This document shows, one piece after another, positions 8,445 to 18,478 of a stretch of 56,904 nucleotides of DNA. The stretch spans positions 45,640-102,543 of the forward strand of contig CAZJAQ010000001.1 of NCBI GenBank assembly GCA_964544285.1. The letters run 5' to 3'. Positions within the stretch are counted from its first letter, which is position 1. Each line of letters starts with the position of its first letter. This DNA is from an uncultured Candidatus Bathyarchaeia archaeon (GTDB lineage Archaea > Thermoproteota > Bathyarchaeia > Bathyarchaeales > SOJC01). Under the pieces are notes generated by a model. It made no database searches, was not told the origin of the DNA, and worked only from the letters and a program-made list of their open reading frames with translations. A program made the translations under genes and the position numbers.

Positions 8445-10166
8445 CTATGGGGAGAGCCGTATTTCCTTGATTTCTTCCAAGCTTTCCAAGTCGTTCATTT
8501 TGACCTTCTTGTCTGAGATAGTGCAGAGCACGTTGTCGATGTAGAGTATCCTTTTCACATGAAGGTGATACTCATAGGCTGTGCTGTTCTCTTGATGCGT
8601 TACGTTTCCTCTTAAGACGAAGCCTTCTTCTAGAGTTATGTTGAAAACATACGCTCCCTGCCAACGATGCCAAGTGTAACGACCGCCTTCGACAACGAAA
8701 GTGTCCATTGAGACTGGAAGAGCTAGCAGCTGCTTTGACTTGGAGAAGAGAAAGGCTTTGTGATCATCCAAGACTGGCGAGTTCGAAGTGGTTCCCACGA
8801 TAAAATTGGCTTCTTCAATCGGCGCCGTGACATCCACCACGTTGAAGAGGGACATTTTCACGTTAGAGCCTTGTTTACCGATACCTATGATGTGGTTCTC
8901 GTCGTAAAGGTGTAGGTATTTTGAGAAGCCAGGTATTTTCAACTCGCCCAAGAGTTTAGGCATGGTTGGGTCGCTCAGATCTACGACGAAGAACGGGTCT
9001 ACCTGCCTAAATGTTACGAGGTAGCATCGGTTGCCCATAAACCGAGTTGAATATATCTCCTCCCTTGGGGCTAAACCTTCTAATCTTCCAACGGTTTTCA
9101 GACTCATGTCGAGAACGTACACGTGATTCTTGTCTGTACCCAAACCCGTGGTGGTTGCTATTCTGAAGTAGTCTCCAAACTCATCCATAGAGAATTGGTT
9201 CAACACGTAGCCTGGAACCTCGCCGCTCGCTGAACAATCTATCGTATTTCCATCTATGTGGAGTCGGTAGACCAGCGTTCTTTCATGCTCGCGAAGGGCT
9301 ATGTAGATGTTGTTCAAGGAGGCGTACATGAGACGTGTATTCCCAAACATGAAGGTCTCGTGTGAGGGTTCTTCGTCTTTTTGTATGTTCACGGCGATTA
9401 CGGTGGTGAATGTGTAGCTGTAATCTGGGGTGTCGGCGTAGTAGATATCGCTGGCGGGTATCTCGTCGACTTTGTCAGTAGTGTATATTTTTGGAAGCGC
9501 CACTTCTCCTTTAGTCAATCTTGCTGGGCTGTTTATCACTGCGTAGACATATTCACCTATCATCCTGGAGTTGAAGTAGTAGCCGTCAGAAGACACGTTC
9601 ATGGTTGAAGTGGGGCTTCTTCGGTCAGTCACGTTGTATACTCTGATGAAGGTTTTAGAGTCGCTTTCCTCGAAGGCTGCCAGTTTACCTCCGTTTATGA
9701 ATATGTCCTTCAGAGTTCCGTTTAGCCGTATCTGGGAGAGGGCTTCAGCTTCTTCGGCAGGAAACGCTTTCAAGATAATGACGCTTTGTCCTGAGACAAC
9801 ATAGATAAATTCCCCGTCCGTCTTGACTAAGTCTCCTTCGTCGACGCCTTCCACTTGCACGTTCGTCGTTGAGTATTCGGGGATGGGTTCTCCAAGACCG
9901 TACATTGCTTTCAGGGAGGAGTCTGACTCAAAAGTGCTCGATGAGAGTGTGCTTGAGCGTTCGAGCATACCCCTGTAGTAGGGACTGATCTGCGGTTCAA
10001 CCCTCAGATACCTTACTAGCTCTTCGTAGGAGGAAAACTGCCTCAGTTGAGTCGACAATGAATAGTAACGGGTTCTTCCCCAAATGTCTGACCGCTCCAT
10101 GGAGAAGGGCGAAACTATCACAAAAATTGCGGTGAGCAACACGAGGAAAACGATGATGTTTCTCAT
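8445..10166 (-). CDS. secreted beta-propeller domain protein (COG4880 / Beta_propel-like)
   Basis: N-terminal signal/TM helix. The hallmark segment YSTTNVQVEGVDEGDLVKTDGEFIYVV is followed by a repetitive beta-rich C-terminal region. Confidence 0.75.
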   Translation of the reverse strand: MRNIIVFLVLLTAIFVIVSPFSMERSDIWGRTRYYSLSTQLRQFSSYEELVRYLRVEPQISPYYRGMLERSSTLSSSTFESDSSLKAMYGLGEPIPEYSTTNVQVEGVDEGDLVKTDGEFIYVVSGQSVIILKAFPAEEAEALSQIRLNGTLKDIFINGGKLAAFEESDSKTFIRVYNVTDRRSPTSTMNVSSDGYYFNSRMIGEYVYAVINSPARLTKGEVALPKIYTTDKVDEIPASDIYYADTPDYSYTFTTVIAVNIQKDEEPSHETFMFGNTRLMYASLNNIYIALREHERTLVYRLHIDGNTIDCSASGEVPGYVLNQFSMDEFGDYFRIATTTGLGTDKNHVYVLDMSLKTVGRLEGLAPREEIYSTRFMGNRCYLVTFRQVDPFFVVDLSDPTMPKLLGELKIPGFSKYLHLYDENHIIGIGKQGSNVKMSLFNVVDVTAPIEEANFIVGTTSNSPVLDDHKAFLFSKSKQLLALPVSMDTFVVEGGRYTWHRWQGAYVFNITLEEGFVLRGNVTHQENSTAYEYHLHVKRILYIDNVLCTISDKKVKMNDLESLEEIKEIRLSP

Positions 10167-10170
10167 TTTT

Positions 10171-10380
10171 TCACATCTGAATTTCCTTCTTTTCTCCCCG
10201 CGCTTTTCCGCCCGCTGTTCCTTCCTTCTCTCCCTCGATTTTGTCGCCCATGGCTTCTATCAACAAGCTTAGTTTGTAGATCACGTATGCCAATAGAATG
10301 ACTACGACAAAAGTTCCAAATTCCTGTAACATTCGGATCAATTCGGTTAGGGTCAATTTTCTCAACCACCTCCCGATCAT
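10171..10380 (-). CDS. small membrane protein (69 aa)
   Basis: One clear TM helix (FGTFVVVILLAYVIYKLSLLI) and a charged Gly/Glu/Lys tail. It ends 4 nt before the beta-propeller gene start on the same strand. Confidence 0.4.
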   Translation of the reverse strand: MIGRWLRKLTLTELIRMLQEFGTFVVVILLAYVIYKLSLLIEAMGDKIEGEKEGTAGGKARGEKKEIQM

Positions 10381-10548
10381 CAGAGATGATTAACGGGGTT
10401 CAGACACTTAATGCCACGTTTCAGAACACGCTGTACTAAAAACAGAACACCACGACGTCCGTCAACGCAGATTTTTGATAGCTATCTCTCATTCACAAAG
10501 CATTTCATCTCTTCGAATTTTTAGATTGTCACAGGCAACACAAGCAGG

Positions 10549-11052
10549 ATGAAGAAGATGACAGCCTCTTTACCACCCGAAGAAGCCGTCGAAATGTACA
10601 GAAGAATCAGCGAAAAACTCGCAGACCCCCAGTTGCAGACGCGGCTCAAGAAGTTCTTCACGAAGAGACAAACTTTGCCCGAACTGCTCGAATGGGTCCA
10701 CGCCAGGGTCAAGTTCAACAAGGGCGACATTGTTCGACATAACGATCCCTTCGAGATAATCGAGTATGGTCAAGGCATGTGCAGAGAGTTCAGCGTCCTG
10801 TTCACCGCCGTCTGCTTGGCGAACGGCTACCGAGCCAGAATAATTCTTGACTTGTCTAATCATGCTTGGACAGAGGTTTGGGACACGGGGCAGAATAGAT
10901 GGTTTCATGTTGACCCTTCGGAAAAGAGGATAGGCGACCCCGAAATATACGAGAGGGATTGGAAGAAGAACTTGGAAGAAGTGTACGCCTTCGAAAACGG
11001 TGTTATGGAAGACGTCACTAAAAACTATAAAATCAGAGAAAGCATTCCGTGA
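10549..11052 (+). CDS. transglutaminase-like (PNGase-type core) domain protein
   Basis: Cys-His-Asp core pattern GQGMCREFSVLFTAVCLANGYRARIILDLSNHAWTEVWD...WFHVDPSE. Confidence 0.75.
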   Translation: MKKMTASLPPEEAVEMYRRISEKLADPQLQTRLKKFFTKRQTLPELLEWVHARVKFNKGDIVRHNDPFEIIEYGQGMCREFSVLFTAVCLANGYRARIILDLSNHAWTEVWDTGQNRWFHVDPSEKRIGDPEIYERDWKKNLEEVYAFENGVMEDVTKNYKIRESIP

Positions 11053-11082
11053 GATGGTAGCGAAGGCACGCAGTGTGGGAAC

Positions 11083-11505
11083 ATGAAGTTTAGTGGCAGG
11101 ACAGTGACCGCAATAGTAGAGTTTCCAGACAAAAAAATCTTGATGGTGAGGAGGGGCACCGTGGTCTTCAAGGGCTATTGGGCTTTGCCCGGCGGCAGAG
11201 TCGACCCCGTAGAAACCGTTGAGCAGACAGTCGTGCGGGAAGTGAGGGAAGAGACGGGGCTAGACATTGAGATAGTGAGGAAAATCGGCGAATACTGCGA
11301 AAAAGGGGTTCAAGACGGGATAGAATACGACTATCAGCCCGCTTGTTTCCTCGTGAAACCCGTCGGAGGAAATATCAGGAGACAGGAAAAAGAAATCGAA
11401 GAAATCAAGCTGTTCCGCCTAGATGAGATACCTGGAGAACTTGCCTTTGAGCACTCCAGCATGATAAAAGACTACATTAGAAGCATCAGAAAGCAAAGGC
11501 AATAA
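11083..11505 (+). CDS. NUDIX hydrolase
   Basis: Nudix box GGRVDPVETVEQTVVREVREETGL. It starts 30 nt downstream of the transglutaminase-like gene. Confidence 0.85.
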   Translation: MKFSGRTVTAIVEFPDKKILMVRRGTVVFKGYWALPGGRVDPVETVEQTVVREVREETGLDIEIVRKIGEYCEKGVQDGIEYDYQPACFLVKPVGGNIRRQEKEIEEIKLFRLDEIPGELAFEHSSMIKDYIRSIRKQRQ

Positions 11506-11546
11506 TAGTGAACTTTCACAAAGGTTTTCAGAATTCCGTGCAACCA

Positions 11547-11578
11547 AGCCTATTAGGACGGTCTAGTCTAGGCGCAGA
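11547..11578. repeat. 32-nt repeat copy 1 (AGCCTATTAGGACGGTCTAGTCTAGGCGCAGA)
   Basis: Matches the reverse complement of 50077..50108 at 30 of 32 positions. It is intergenic: 41 nt after the NUDIX stop, directly upstream of a TATA-like ACTTAAAAG and the 11621 start. Confidence 0.8.
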
Positions 11579-11620
11579 GAAAAACCACACTTAAAAGCAA
11601 CCAACACCACAACCTACTCG

Positions 11621-12202
11621 ATGACCTCCAACAAATTGCCACCAGGCCAACATGAGATAGACCGTCTTCTGAGATGGAACATCGACCACCCAGGCATAAC
11701 CCCGGAAAACCCGAGAATCAACCTAAAAACGTGGACACTGACCGTCGACGGCGAAGTTAAGAATCCACAGAAGCTAACTTGGCAGGATTTCCTCAACTTT
11801 CCCGCCGCCGAATCCACGAGTGACTTCCACTGCGTAGAAGGCTGGAGCGTCAGAGACTGCAAATGGTACGGAGTCAAATTCAGCTCCATAGTTCAAATCG
11901 CGGAGTCCAACGAAAACGCAAAATATGTTCTCTTCAAATGCTCAGACGGCTACACGACCTCTCTGACAATCGAGGAACTTCTCCACGACGATGTGCTGTT
12001 AGCCTACAAACTTAATGGCAAGTTTCTCGAGGAACCCCTCGGCGGTCCACTGAGACTAGTCATCCCCCAAAAATATGCCTACAAGAGCGCCATGTGGGTC
12101 GAGCGAATAACCTTCACGAAGACAAAGGAACTCGGGTTCTGGGAAAAAAGAGGATACAGCGACACGGCAGACGTCTGGAAGAACGACCGCCTCGCCGTCT
12201 AA
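11621..12202 (+). CDS. sulfite-oxidase-fold molybdopterin-binding oxidoreductase (YedY/MsrP-like catalytic domain)
   Basis: DFHCVEGWSVRDCKWYGVKFS and LAYKLNGKFLEEPLGGPLRLVIP are typical Oxidored_molyb motifs. No signal peptide is evident. Confidence 0.8.
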   Translation: MTSNKLPPGQHEIDRLLRWNIDHPGITPENPRINLKTWTLTVDGEVKNPQKLTWQDFLNFPAAESTSDFHCVEGWSVRDCKWYGVKFSSIVQIAESNENAKYVLFKCSDGYTTSLTIEELLHDDVLLAYKLNGKFLEEPLGGPLRLVIPQKYAYKSAMWVERITFTKTKELGFWEKRGYSDTADVWKNDRLAV

Positions 12203-12206
12203 CAGC

Positions 12207-12836
12207 GTGTCTGAGCGAAACCCTAAAGTTTCAAAAAACCAAATAGAGAGACAGGAAACCTCTATGCCAATAAGTAGGCACGAATTTGAAAACGGAAAAC
12301 TCCACGGCGAATTAGAAGAGGAGATCATCTCCTTCTTAAACGAACGAAAAGACAAGGCATTCACCTCCCAAGAAATAATGGAGGGAATTCGCTACCACAC
12401 AGAATTCAGCACTCCAGAAATCTCTAAGATGTCAACGTTCACCATAGCAGACTTTTCCACGTTCCTCCACCATCTCGTGGAGAGGGGAAGAATTAAGATG
12501 AAAATCGTGAGGGGCAGAATGTACGTCATGGCTGTGGAAAAGAGTGTAGCCAAATGCCCAAAGTGCGGAACAGAAATCCCCAAACCCCAAAAGACGTGGA
12601 AGATGGCTGGACGCCCAAACAAAAAAGGCGAAGCACTTCAACTTCAAATCGGGCTTTTTGAATGCCCAAAACACGGAGCTTTCAGAGCAGTCTTAGAAAA
12701 ACAGAAAATATCTGCACCACCCCCCACACGTAGCCGAACAAGGAAAAAAAGACCGCTCGTCAGGAAGCGTGTAGGAAAGAAAAGCGCCACAAAAAGGACA
12801 AGAAAGAGAAAAGCAGGTGCTTGGTTACTGGTCTAA
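12207..12836 (+). CDS. hypothetical DNA-binding-type protein (winged-helix-like N-domain, CxxC zinc ribbon, Lys/Arg-rich tail)
   Basis: GTG start. KCPKCG...ECPKHG gives a four-ligand ribbon. The C-terminal PPPTRSRTRKKRPLVRKRVGKKSATKRTRKRK is a basic tail. I recognise no family. Confidence 0.55.
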   Translation: MSERNPKVSKNQIERQETSMPISRHEFENGKLHGELEEEIISFLNERKDKAFTSQEIMEGIRYHTEFSTPEISKMSTFTIADFSTFLHHLVERGRIKMKIVRGRMYVMAVEKSVAKCPKCGTEIPKPQKTWKMAGRPNKKGEALQLQIGLFECPKHGAFRAVLEKQKISAPPPTRSRTRKKRPLVRKRVGKKSATKRTRKRKAGAWLLV

Positions 12837-14086
12837 GACGCGGGTACATCATTGTCCCTGTTTAGAGTTTCTTTAAGTGTTAGATACGTAGCGGCACCTA
12901 CCACCCTACCCACAGTTGACAGTAAATAGACGACCTGCAGCCCCAGAGCAAGTCCAAACAAGCTTATGGTAAAGTCGGTAAGGTACCCCCCTAGAAGAGA
13001 ACCGAAGAACATAGTAATTCCCATCAGAAGGTTGTGGAAGGCAGTGTAGCTTCCACGATGCTCTTCAGGAATCACGTCGAGCAAATACGCAGTCATGGAA
13101 GCTTGTCCCACGGCCATGGAGATTCCCCAGAAGGCTTCTGCCACAACCAAGAAATAGACGTTTGGAGCAAAAGCATAAGCGAGCGGAACGGTTACTAAGC
13201 TAAACCTAAACGCCACGAGTAGGGGCTTCCTCCCCCGATGGTCAGCAAGCCTTCCCATCTGCCTCTGGAAAATCATCGTAAACGCCAGCTGAACCGCCGA
13301 GAGCAAAGCTATTTCCAGCATGGAAGCATTCAACACTCTGACTAGGGTTATTGAAAAAAGCGGCCACGCGATGGCCATGAAGAAATTGAAGACCGCTCCC
13401 GCAACAGAATACTTCATGAAGTCAGGCGACTTCCCAACGAATGAAACCGCGTCTAATAAGCCGGAGCCTAAGCCTTTCAAGCTTGCTGCTGTGTTTGCAC
13501 GCTCTTTTACTCGAAGCATTATGAGAGCTGAAGCTAAACCGCTGACAATCGCCACGATGAAGGGAACGAAGAACATGTTCTGCGGACTTCCTCCAACGCT
13601 GACCATTATGAACCCTGAAACCAGAGTGGCAGCTAGGCTCCCGAGGGAAGCCCACAGGTTTATGGAAGCGCTTACTCGTCCAAGCCTGAGAGAGGGAACT
13701 AAATCTCCGATCAACGCAGTCCAAGTAGGCGTCGCCATAGACCCCAGAAGAGCCTGAATAATCACCAAAACAATCAGTTGGGTTGCGTTTGTCACGAACA
13801 TCATCGGAACCCAGAGCACCATGATGATTAAGTTGCCAAACACTAGGAAGGGCACTCTTCTGCCCAGTCGGTCGCTTAGTTTTCCCCAGAGAACCTGCAA
13901 GACGTTGTTTGAGATGTTGGCGGAAGATTGAAACCATCCCATTTCAGACGATGAAGCACCGAGTTGAACGGCGTAGGCGCCGATGAACGGGTTAACCATG
14001 CCCATGCCGAAGGCGTTTACTACCGAACGGAGAAACAGGGGGTTCAAGTTTGACGAGTCGGGTGGGTAGGTTTTTTCTTGGGGCAA
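12833..14086 (-). CDS. MFS transporter
   Basis: About 12 predicted TM helices and the MFS loop motif GKLSDRLGRR. Confidence 0.85.
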   Translation of the reverse strand: MPQEKTYPPDSSNLNPLFLRSVVNAFGMGMVNPFIGAYAVQLGASSSEMGWFQSSANISNNVLQVLWGKLSDRLGRRVPFLVFGNLIIMVLWVPMMFVTNATQLIVLVIIQALLGSMATPTWTALIGDLVPSLRLGRVSASINLWASLGSLAATLVSGFIMVSVGGSPQNMFFVPFIVAIVSGLASALIMLRVKERANTAASLKGLGSGLLDAVSFVGKSPDFMKYSVAGAVFNFFMAIAWPLFSITLVRVLNASMLEIALLSAVQLAFTMIFQRQMGRLADHRGRKPLLVAFRFSLVTVPLAYAFAPNVYFLVVAEAFWGISMAVGQASMTAYLLDVIPEEHRGSYTAFHNLLMGITMFFGSLLGGYLTDFTISLFGLALGLQVVYLLSTVGRVVGAATYLTLKETLNRDNDVPAS

Positions 14087-14240
14087 CTAATCTACACACT
14101 TAGTTTAAACACACATTTCTGGAGATGCATAAAAACTCATCGACAAAGGATGCAAGGCATTCCTACTCAACCTGATGTCTCAATTCATAACAGCTTTAAG
14201 AAGTCACGGATAAATCTCACAAGACAAGGAGCATGCAACG

Positions 14241-14645
14241 TTGAGGAAAGCAATTCGACGCTATAAACTCGGCTACGCTCTTGGCGCAACCCTTCTTTTC
14301 ATAGGGCTCACAGCATTGCTATTCGTGCTGTGGAACGCATGGCCTTCGGTGACTTCCAGCGCTGAACCATTGTCTGCATTCTGGGCTTTTCTGTGGGAAG
14401 AACAGCTCAACATAATCTCAGGCATTGAATTCAAGATGATGTACCTAGTGATTTTGGCAGCTGTGGCGATACCTTCTGGAATAGCGGTGCTCATGTTCAG
14501 TCGGCAGTGGTTTTTCCTTCCAGGCAGGACGATTAGTCTACAATGTCCCTTCTGTAAGAAACTGTGGCACGCAAGCTACGATAGAGGGCAAGTGTTATGC
14601 CCCCACTGCCATCATCTGATTCACCCTAAAATGATTGAAGAATAG
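14241..14645 (+). CDS. membrane protein with C-terminal zinc-ribbon (CPFC...CPHC)
   Basis: TTG start, two or three TM helices, then LQCPFCKKLWHASYDRGQVLCPHCHH. Confidence 0.5.
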   Translation: MRKAIRRYKLGYALGATLLFIGLTALLFVLWNAWPSVTSSAEPLSAFWAFLWEEQLNIISGIEFKMMYLVILAAVAIPSGIAVLMFSRQWFFLPGRTISLQCPFCKKLWHASYDRGQVLCPHCHHLIHPKMIEE

Positions 14646-14648
14646 CGT

Positions 14649-15302
14649 CTATTCACCCAAGTTTTCGAGCGTTGTTTTTACCGCGATTTCGAGCGCTTTG
14701 ATTATTGTGTCAAGGTTCATGCAGGGCATGTTCGCCTTTCCTTTCCTCTGCAGTTGAGCTGCTTGGGAGGGCAGACTTGGGACGTGTATAAACCCTGCGA
14801 GTGTTTTCAGTCTATCCTTGTGTATTTTGTGCATCACATGAAAGAATAGCTGGTTGCATCCAAACGTGCCTGCAGTGTAGGATATTTCCGCTGGGATATC
14901 GTTTTGACGTATGTTGCTCAGGATTTTTCGGATGGGCAACGTTGTGAAGTACGCGGCTGGGGCGTTGGGTTCTAGAGTTTTATCTTTCGGGCGGGTTCGA
15001 CAGTTGTAGAGGATTGTGGATTCGGTAAGGTCTGCGAGGTTTATGGCTACTTTTTCCAGCGAAAGAAAGGGACGATAGGATTGCCCCAAGCTGATTATGA
15101 CCGCTGGTTTTTGTGTGGCAATTATCCTTGCGATTGCAGGTTTGATTTCCTTGTACGCCAGTGGTATCTGGAAGGATTTGACCTTGAAAGAGTCGATTTC
15201 TTCGCCGTCGAACGCCCTTGCGGCTTCCCAAGAAGGGTTTACTTGGAAGCCTGCGAAGGGCTCAAACCCCGTTAAAACGACCATTCTATTCGGATTTTGC
15301 AT
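14649..15302 (-). CDS. pcp: pyroglutamyl-peptidase I (pyrrolidone-carboxylate peptidase)
   Basis: VLTGFEPFAGFQVNPSWE N-terminus, catalytic Cys context AGTFGCNQLFF and His context GFIHVP. Confidence 0.9.
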   Translation of the reverse strand: MQNPNRMVVLTGFEPFAGFQVNPSWEAARAFDGEEIDSFKVKSFQIPLAYKEIKPAIARIIATQKPAVIISLGQSYRPFLSLEKVAINLADLTESTILYNCRTRPKDKTLEPNAPAAYFTTLPIRKILSNIRQNDIPAEISYTAGTFGCNQLFFHVMHKIHKDRLKTLAGFIHVPSLPSQAAQLQRKGKANMPCMNLDTIIKALEIAVKTTLENLGE

Positions 15303-15490
15303 TCGAGAATCACAGCTCCATATGGTAGAACAATGCTTGGGTGCGTTAGGTTTATAGGCTTTTTTCCCAAGTATTGTAGTGGAGAGGTTTGAAACTCCGA
15401 AGCGTTAAGACGTCGTCTGACCCGTCGTACAGCTGAGGGGTTTCAGCCCTGCCTCTCCATTCTAGAGTCTTAGCAGTCCCATGTTGGGTG

Positions 15491-17611
15491 TCAAGCTTTC
15501 TTCTGAATAAGCTCAACGATTTCTGGAAAATCTATCCCCAATTCCCTCACTTTTCGCAGTGTTGGCACACCGTTCGCGTCCCATCCTCGCCTCTTGTAGA
15601 CGGCGTCTTTCAATTTCTCGTATTCTGCCTCACGGCGTTTCCTCAAAACTGCCATTTTTTCTTCAGTCGCCTTGCCCCTAGGGTCGTAGCCTATCTTCTC
15701 AAGCTGCGTATCGTAGCGTTCAGCACGGCTTTCGTACTCTTCCTTCGTTACCGGTCCAACGGCACGGTAGGGTATCGTGTCGTGTTCTCGTTTGCCAAAC
15801 CCCATGCGTAGGTTGAAGATGCGTTGAAAATCGTAGACTCTCTCGCTCATCAAAATGATATCCTCTTGTGTGACCTTTCTGCCTGTGACAGCCGTGAAGA
15901 ATTTGGCATAATTTTCCACGTGCGCTAAAACTTTAGCTGGCTCTTTCGTTTTCTTATTGTCCTCTGGCACAACGTCGTTCCAAGGGAGTTTGCACAGGCC
16001 GTTTAAACCAAACCAGGTGCGGAACATGGGGAACCAGTGGAGGTTTTCGGCTTTCTGCTCGAAAGTGGGCATGAGGTTGTGAACCATGTCCAAGAATATG
16101 AGCCAAGCCTCATCGTGCTGAGGTCCCTTCAACGCAAGCCCGTACCCGCCTTGCTGTGCCAACGATTCCTTCGTCACGTACTCGGAGAACTCTAAGCCCT
16201 TGGCTTCCATGCCGACGTCGTTTAAAACCTTTGGGTCCGCGTCACACGTTTCGACGAAAAGTTTCTTCATCCTTCGTACACCTTGCCCAACGATGACTCC
16301 GAAGCCTTTCCCCTTCGCCATCTGATGGACAAGTTCGAGAGCTGCCTCTTTGTTGCCAAACTTTAGGTCTAAGCCTCCAGTTACTTTCTTTTTGATGAGT
16401 CCTAGCTCGTAGCATTCCATGGCAAAGGCTGTAGCCGTGCCGACCGAGATTGTGTCCAACCCGTATAGGTCGCAGTAGTAGTTCATCTCGATGACGTAAT
16501 CTGCGTCAAAAATACCGCAGTTGCTGCCCACCCCTGCAATCGTTTCGTATTCGGGGCCGTTCACGAATACCTTCTTTCCCTTATGGGGGCCTGTCTTGAG
16601 TTCAAAGTCTTTCACGCCGTGGGCACAGGCGAGAGAGCAGCCTATCCAACAGCCGTCGAACCCCTTGTGGAACTTTTTTCGGTAGATTTCGCTGCCAAGT
16701 TTTTCGGCTTCGGGGTGACTGCCAAACTTGAAGTTCTTCACGGGTAGAAGGTCGAATTCGTTCATTATCGTTACGAGGTGTGTTGTCCCGAGCGTGGACA
16801 TTTCGTTCTGTTTCGGGTCGAGAGTCCTAATCTCTTGGTTGTAGGCTCTTCCCACCTGCTTAACCAATTCCGCGTCTGCTGGGCCGTTCGATTCAACAGT
16901 TATCTCTCGAGAATACTTGACTACGATGGCTTTTACTTTCTTGTCACGAAGAACGGTGCCCAAGCCGCCCCTTCCAGCTTGCTTAACTCTATGAATCTTT
17001 CGTCCAGAATCGTACCATGAAAGGTTGAGACATCCAAAAAGCGTGTGCTCTGCTCCTGGACCTGAAGACAAGACAGATATGCTCTGAGGCTTTTCGCCCG
17101 CGTATTTTTGGGCTAAGGTGGTTATGATGAAATCGGTTTCAGAGGGCAGTTGCGAAGCCTCTTCGATTTGGACCTTGCACTCGTCTCCGTCAATGAGTAT
17201 AACCACCTCAGACCGCGATTTGCCCTGAACCTCGAGGGCATCCCACCCAGCAAACTTCAGGTAAGGTCCGAAATAGCCGCCGACGTTCGAGTCTAACACG
17301 GTGCCCGTCAGTGGAGATATTGACAATGCAATGCTTTTTCCGCTACCAGGGTATACTGGTGTGCCGCCTAGGGGGCCGCAGGCGATGCAGAGTTCGTTCT
17401 TGGGGTCATCCCATTTGATGGCTCGGTCTTTCGGTAATGCGTTCCAGAGAAGCCACAGGTTGAAGCCGCGGCCGCCTATGAAAGTGTCCTTCATGAGTTG
17501 GGATACTGGCTTACTCGTTATTTCCATGGTTGAAAGGTCCATGTGTAGAGTTTTGTTGTTGTAGCCTCTTTCAACTTTGCTTGGCGTGTACTTGAACTCG
17601 ACTATTGCCAA
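15491..17611 (-). CDS. aor: aldehyde:ferredoxin oxidoreductase family (tungstopterin) enzyme
   Basis: AOR N-domain (FIGGRGFNLWLLW) and AOR C-domain similarity through the C-terminal RRGWDANGVPT. TTG start at 17611. Confidence 0.85.
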   Translation of the reverse strand: MAIVEFKYTPSKVERGYNNKTLHMDLSTMEITSKPVSQLMKDTFIGGRGFNLWLLWNALPKDRAIKWDDPKNELCIACGPLGGTPVYPGSGKSIALSISPLTGTVLDSNVGGYFGPYLKFAGWDALEVQGKSRSEVVILIDGDECKVQIEEASQLPSETDFIITTLAQKYAGEKPQSISVLSSGPGAEHTLFGCLNLSWYDSGRKIHRVKQAGRGGLGTVLRDKKVKAIVVKYSREITVESNGPADAELVKQVGRAYNQEIRTLDPKQNEMSTLGTTHLVTIMNEFDLLPVKNFKFGSHPEAEKLGSEIYRKKFHKGFDGCWIGCSLACAHGVKDFELKTGPHKGKKVFVNGPEYETIAGVGSNCGIFDADYVIEMNYYCDLYGLDTISVGTATAFAMECYELGLIKKKVTGGLDLKFGNKEAALELVHQMAKGKGFGVIVGQGVRRMKKLFVETCDADPKVLNDVGMEAKGLEFSEYVTKESLAQQGGYGLALKGPQHDEAWLIFLDMVHNLMPTFEQKAENLHWFPMFRTWFGLNGLCKLPWNDVVPEDNKKTKEPAKVLAHVENYAKFFTAVTGRKVTQEDIILMSERVYDFQRIFNLRMGFGKREHDTIPYRAVGPVTKEEYESRAERYDTQLEKIGYDPRGKATEEKMAVLRKRREAEYEKLKDAVYKRRGWDANGVPTLRKVRELGIDFPEIVELIQKKA

Positions 17612-17767
17612 CTCTTACACCTCTATGGAGTTGCTAAAGCTACGTAAAACATATAGATAGGGCTTACGCAGTGAGCGTTTTCTAGAGTGGGTGAAATCAC
17701 CGTGTGCAAAAGCATAAGTATATTTTCAGTCGAATAGAGTGTCTCTAAAGGTTATGGAGGCGAATGA

Positions 17768-18346
17768 TTGGACCTTGCAGTGTTGGTGGAGAATATTCCT
17801 TACATCCTTATACTGGGCGGCATCGTTGCAATTTCTTGGCTGCTGGAAAAACTAGCGCGGCCAGCGCCAGTTGTGGGGCAGCCTGTGAGTTTGCTGATGA
17901 AAGTGGCTTCGCTTTTCGGGTTCTTTGTCGGGGTTCTTCTGTTAGCGACAGCGGTGGGCGCTTGGTCGCTGCACGCTGGGGACTCGGGCACTAGATACCT
18001 GCTGGTAGCCACGGGTCTGGCTTTGCTTCTAAAACCCTTAAAAGATGTTCCTTGGGCAGCTTTGTTGGGTTTAATAGTGGGCACCGTGTGCGTTGGGCTG
18101 GTCTACCTGCTGTTTCCCCTGCCGGAGACTGTCCTGGGCATTTCGTCGACATGGGTCTACGCGCTGATTTTCTTCGTTCCAGCCTTGTTCGCTTACATGC
18201 TCTTCAAGTTCTTGGAAGACCTGTTGAGGTTGATTGGGACAATCTTGGCTTCTAAGCCTGTGGCTACTGTTCTTGGCTTGTTGTGTATTGTTCAAGGAGT
18301 TCTTTTGCTTCTGAACAGCAGCTTGTTCACTATTATTTTACCATGA
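17768..18346 (+). CDS. polytopic membrane protein, unknown function
   Basis: Hydrophobic throughout, with about 5 TM helices. The start is uncertain (TTG 17768, or GTG/TTG within the next 20 nt). The overlapping ATG ORF 17764..17994 is not protein-like. Confidence 0.55.
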   Translation: MDLAVLVENIPYILILGGIVAISWLLEKLARPAPVVGQPVSLLMKVASLFGFFVGVLLLATAVGAWSLHAGDSGTRYLLVATGLALLLKPLKDVPWAALLGLIVGTVCVGLVYLLFPLPETVLGISSTWVYALIFFVPALFAYMLFKFLEDLLRLIGTILASKPVATVLGLLCIVQGVLLLLNSSLFTIILP

Positions 18347-18478
18347 CACACATAATCTAACTTTGGCATGGTTTTTCTCCAAAAAGCCTCAAAAACGCTA
18401 TTTTTCCACGCTTAAGGTTCTGTTCTAAAGTGTAGCTTTAAAAGACATAAGTAGAATGTTACAGTTGGGGCGAATCCA

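Noticed and set aside
13320-13937. ORFs 13320..13757 (+) and 13422..13937 (-) inside the MFS transporter gene.
   Set aside because: They overlap a 12-TM MFS frame that carries the family motif. They have no independent support.
15381-15458. GGAGAGG … CCTCTCC inverted repeat enclosing small hairpins between aor and pcp, a possible structured RNA.
   Set aside because: There is only a 7-bp closing helix and weak internal pairing, with no covariation evidence available. It may just be terminator or promoter sequence.
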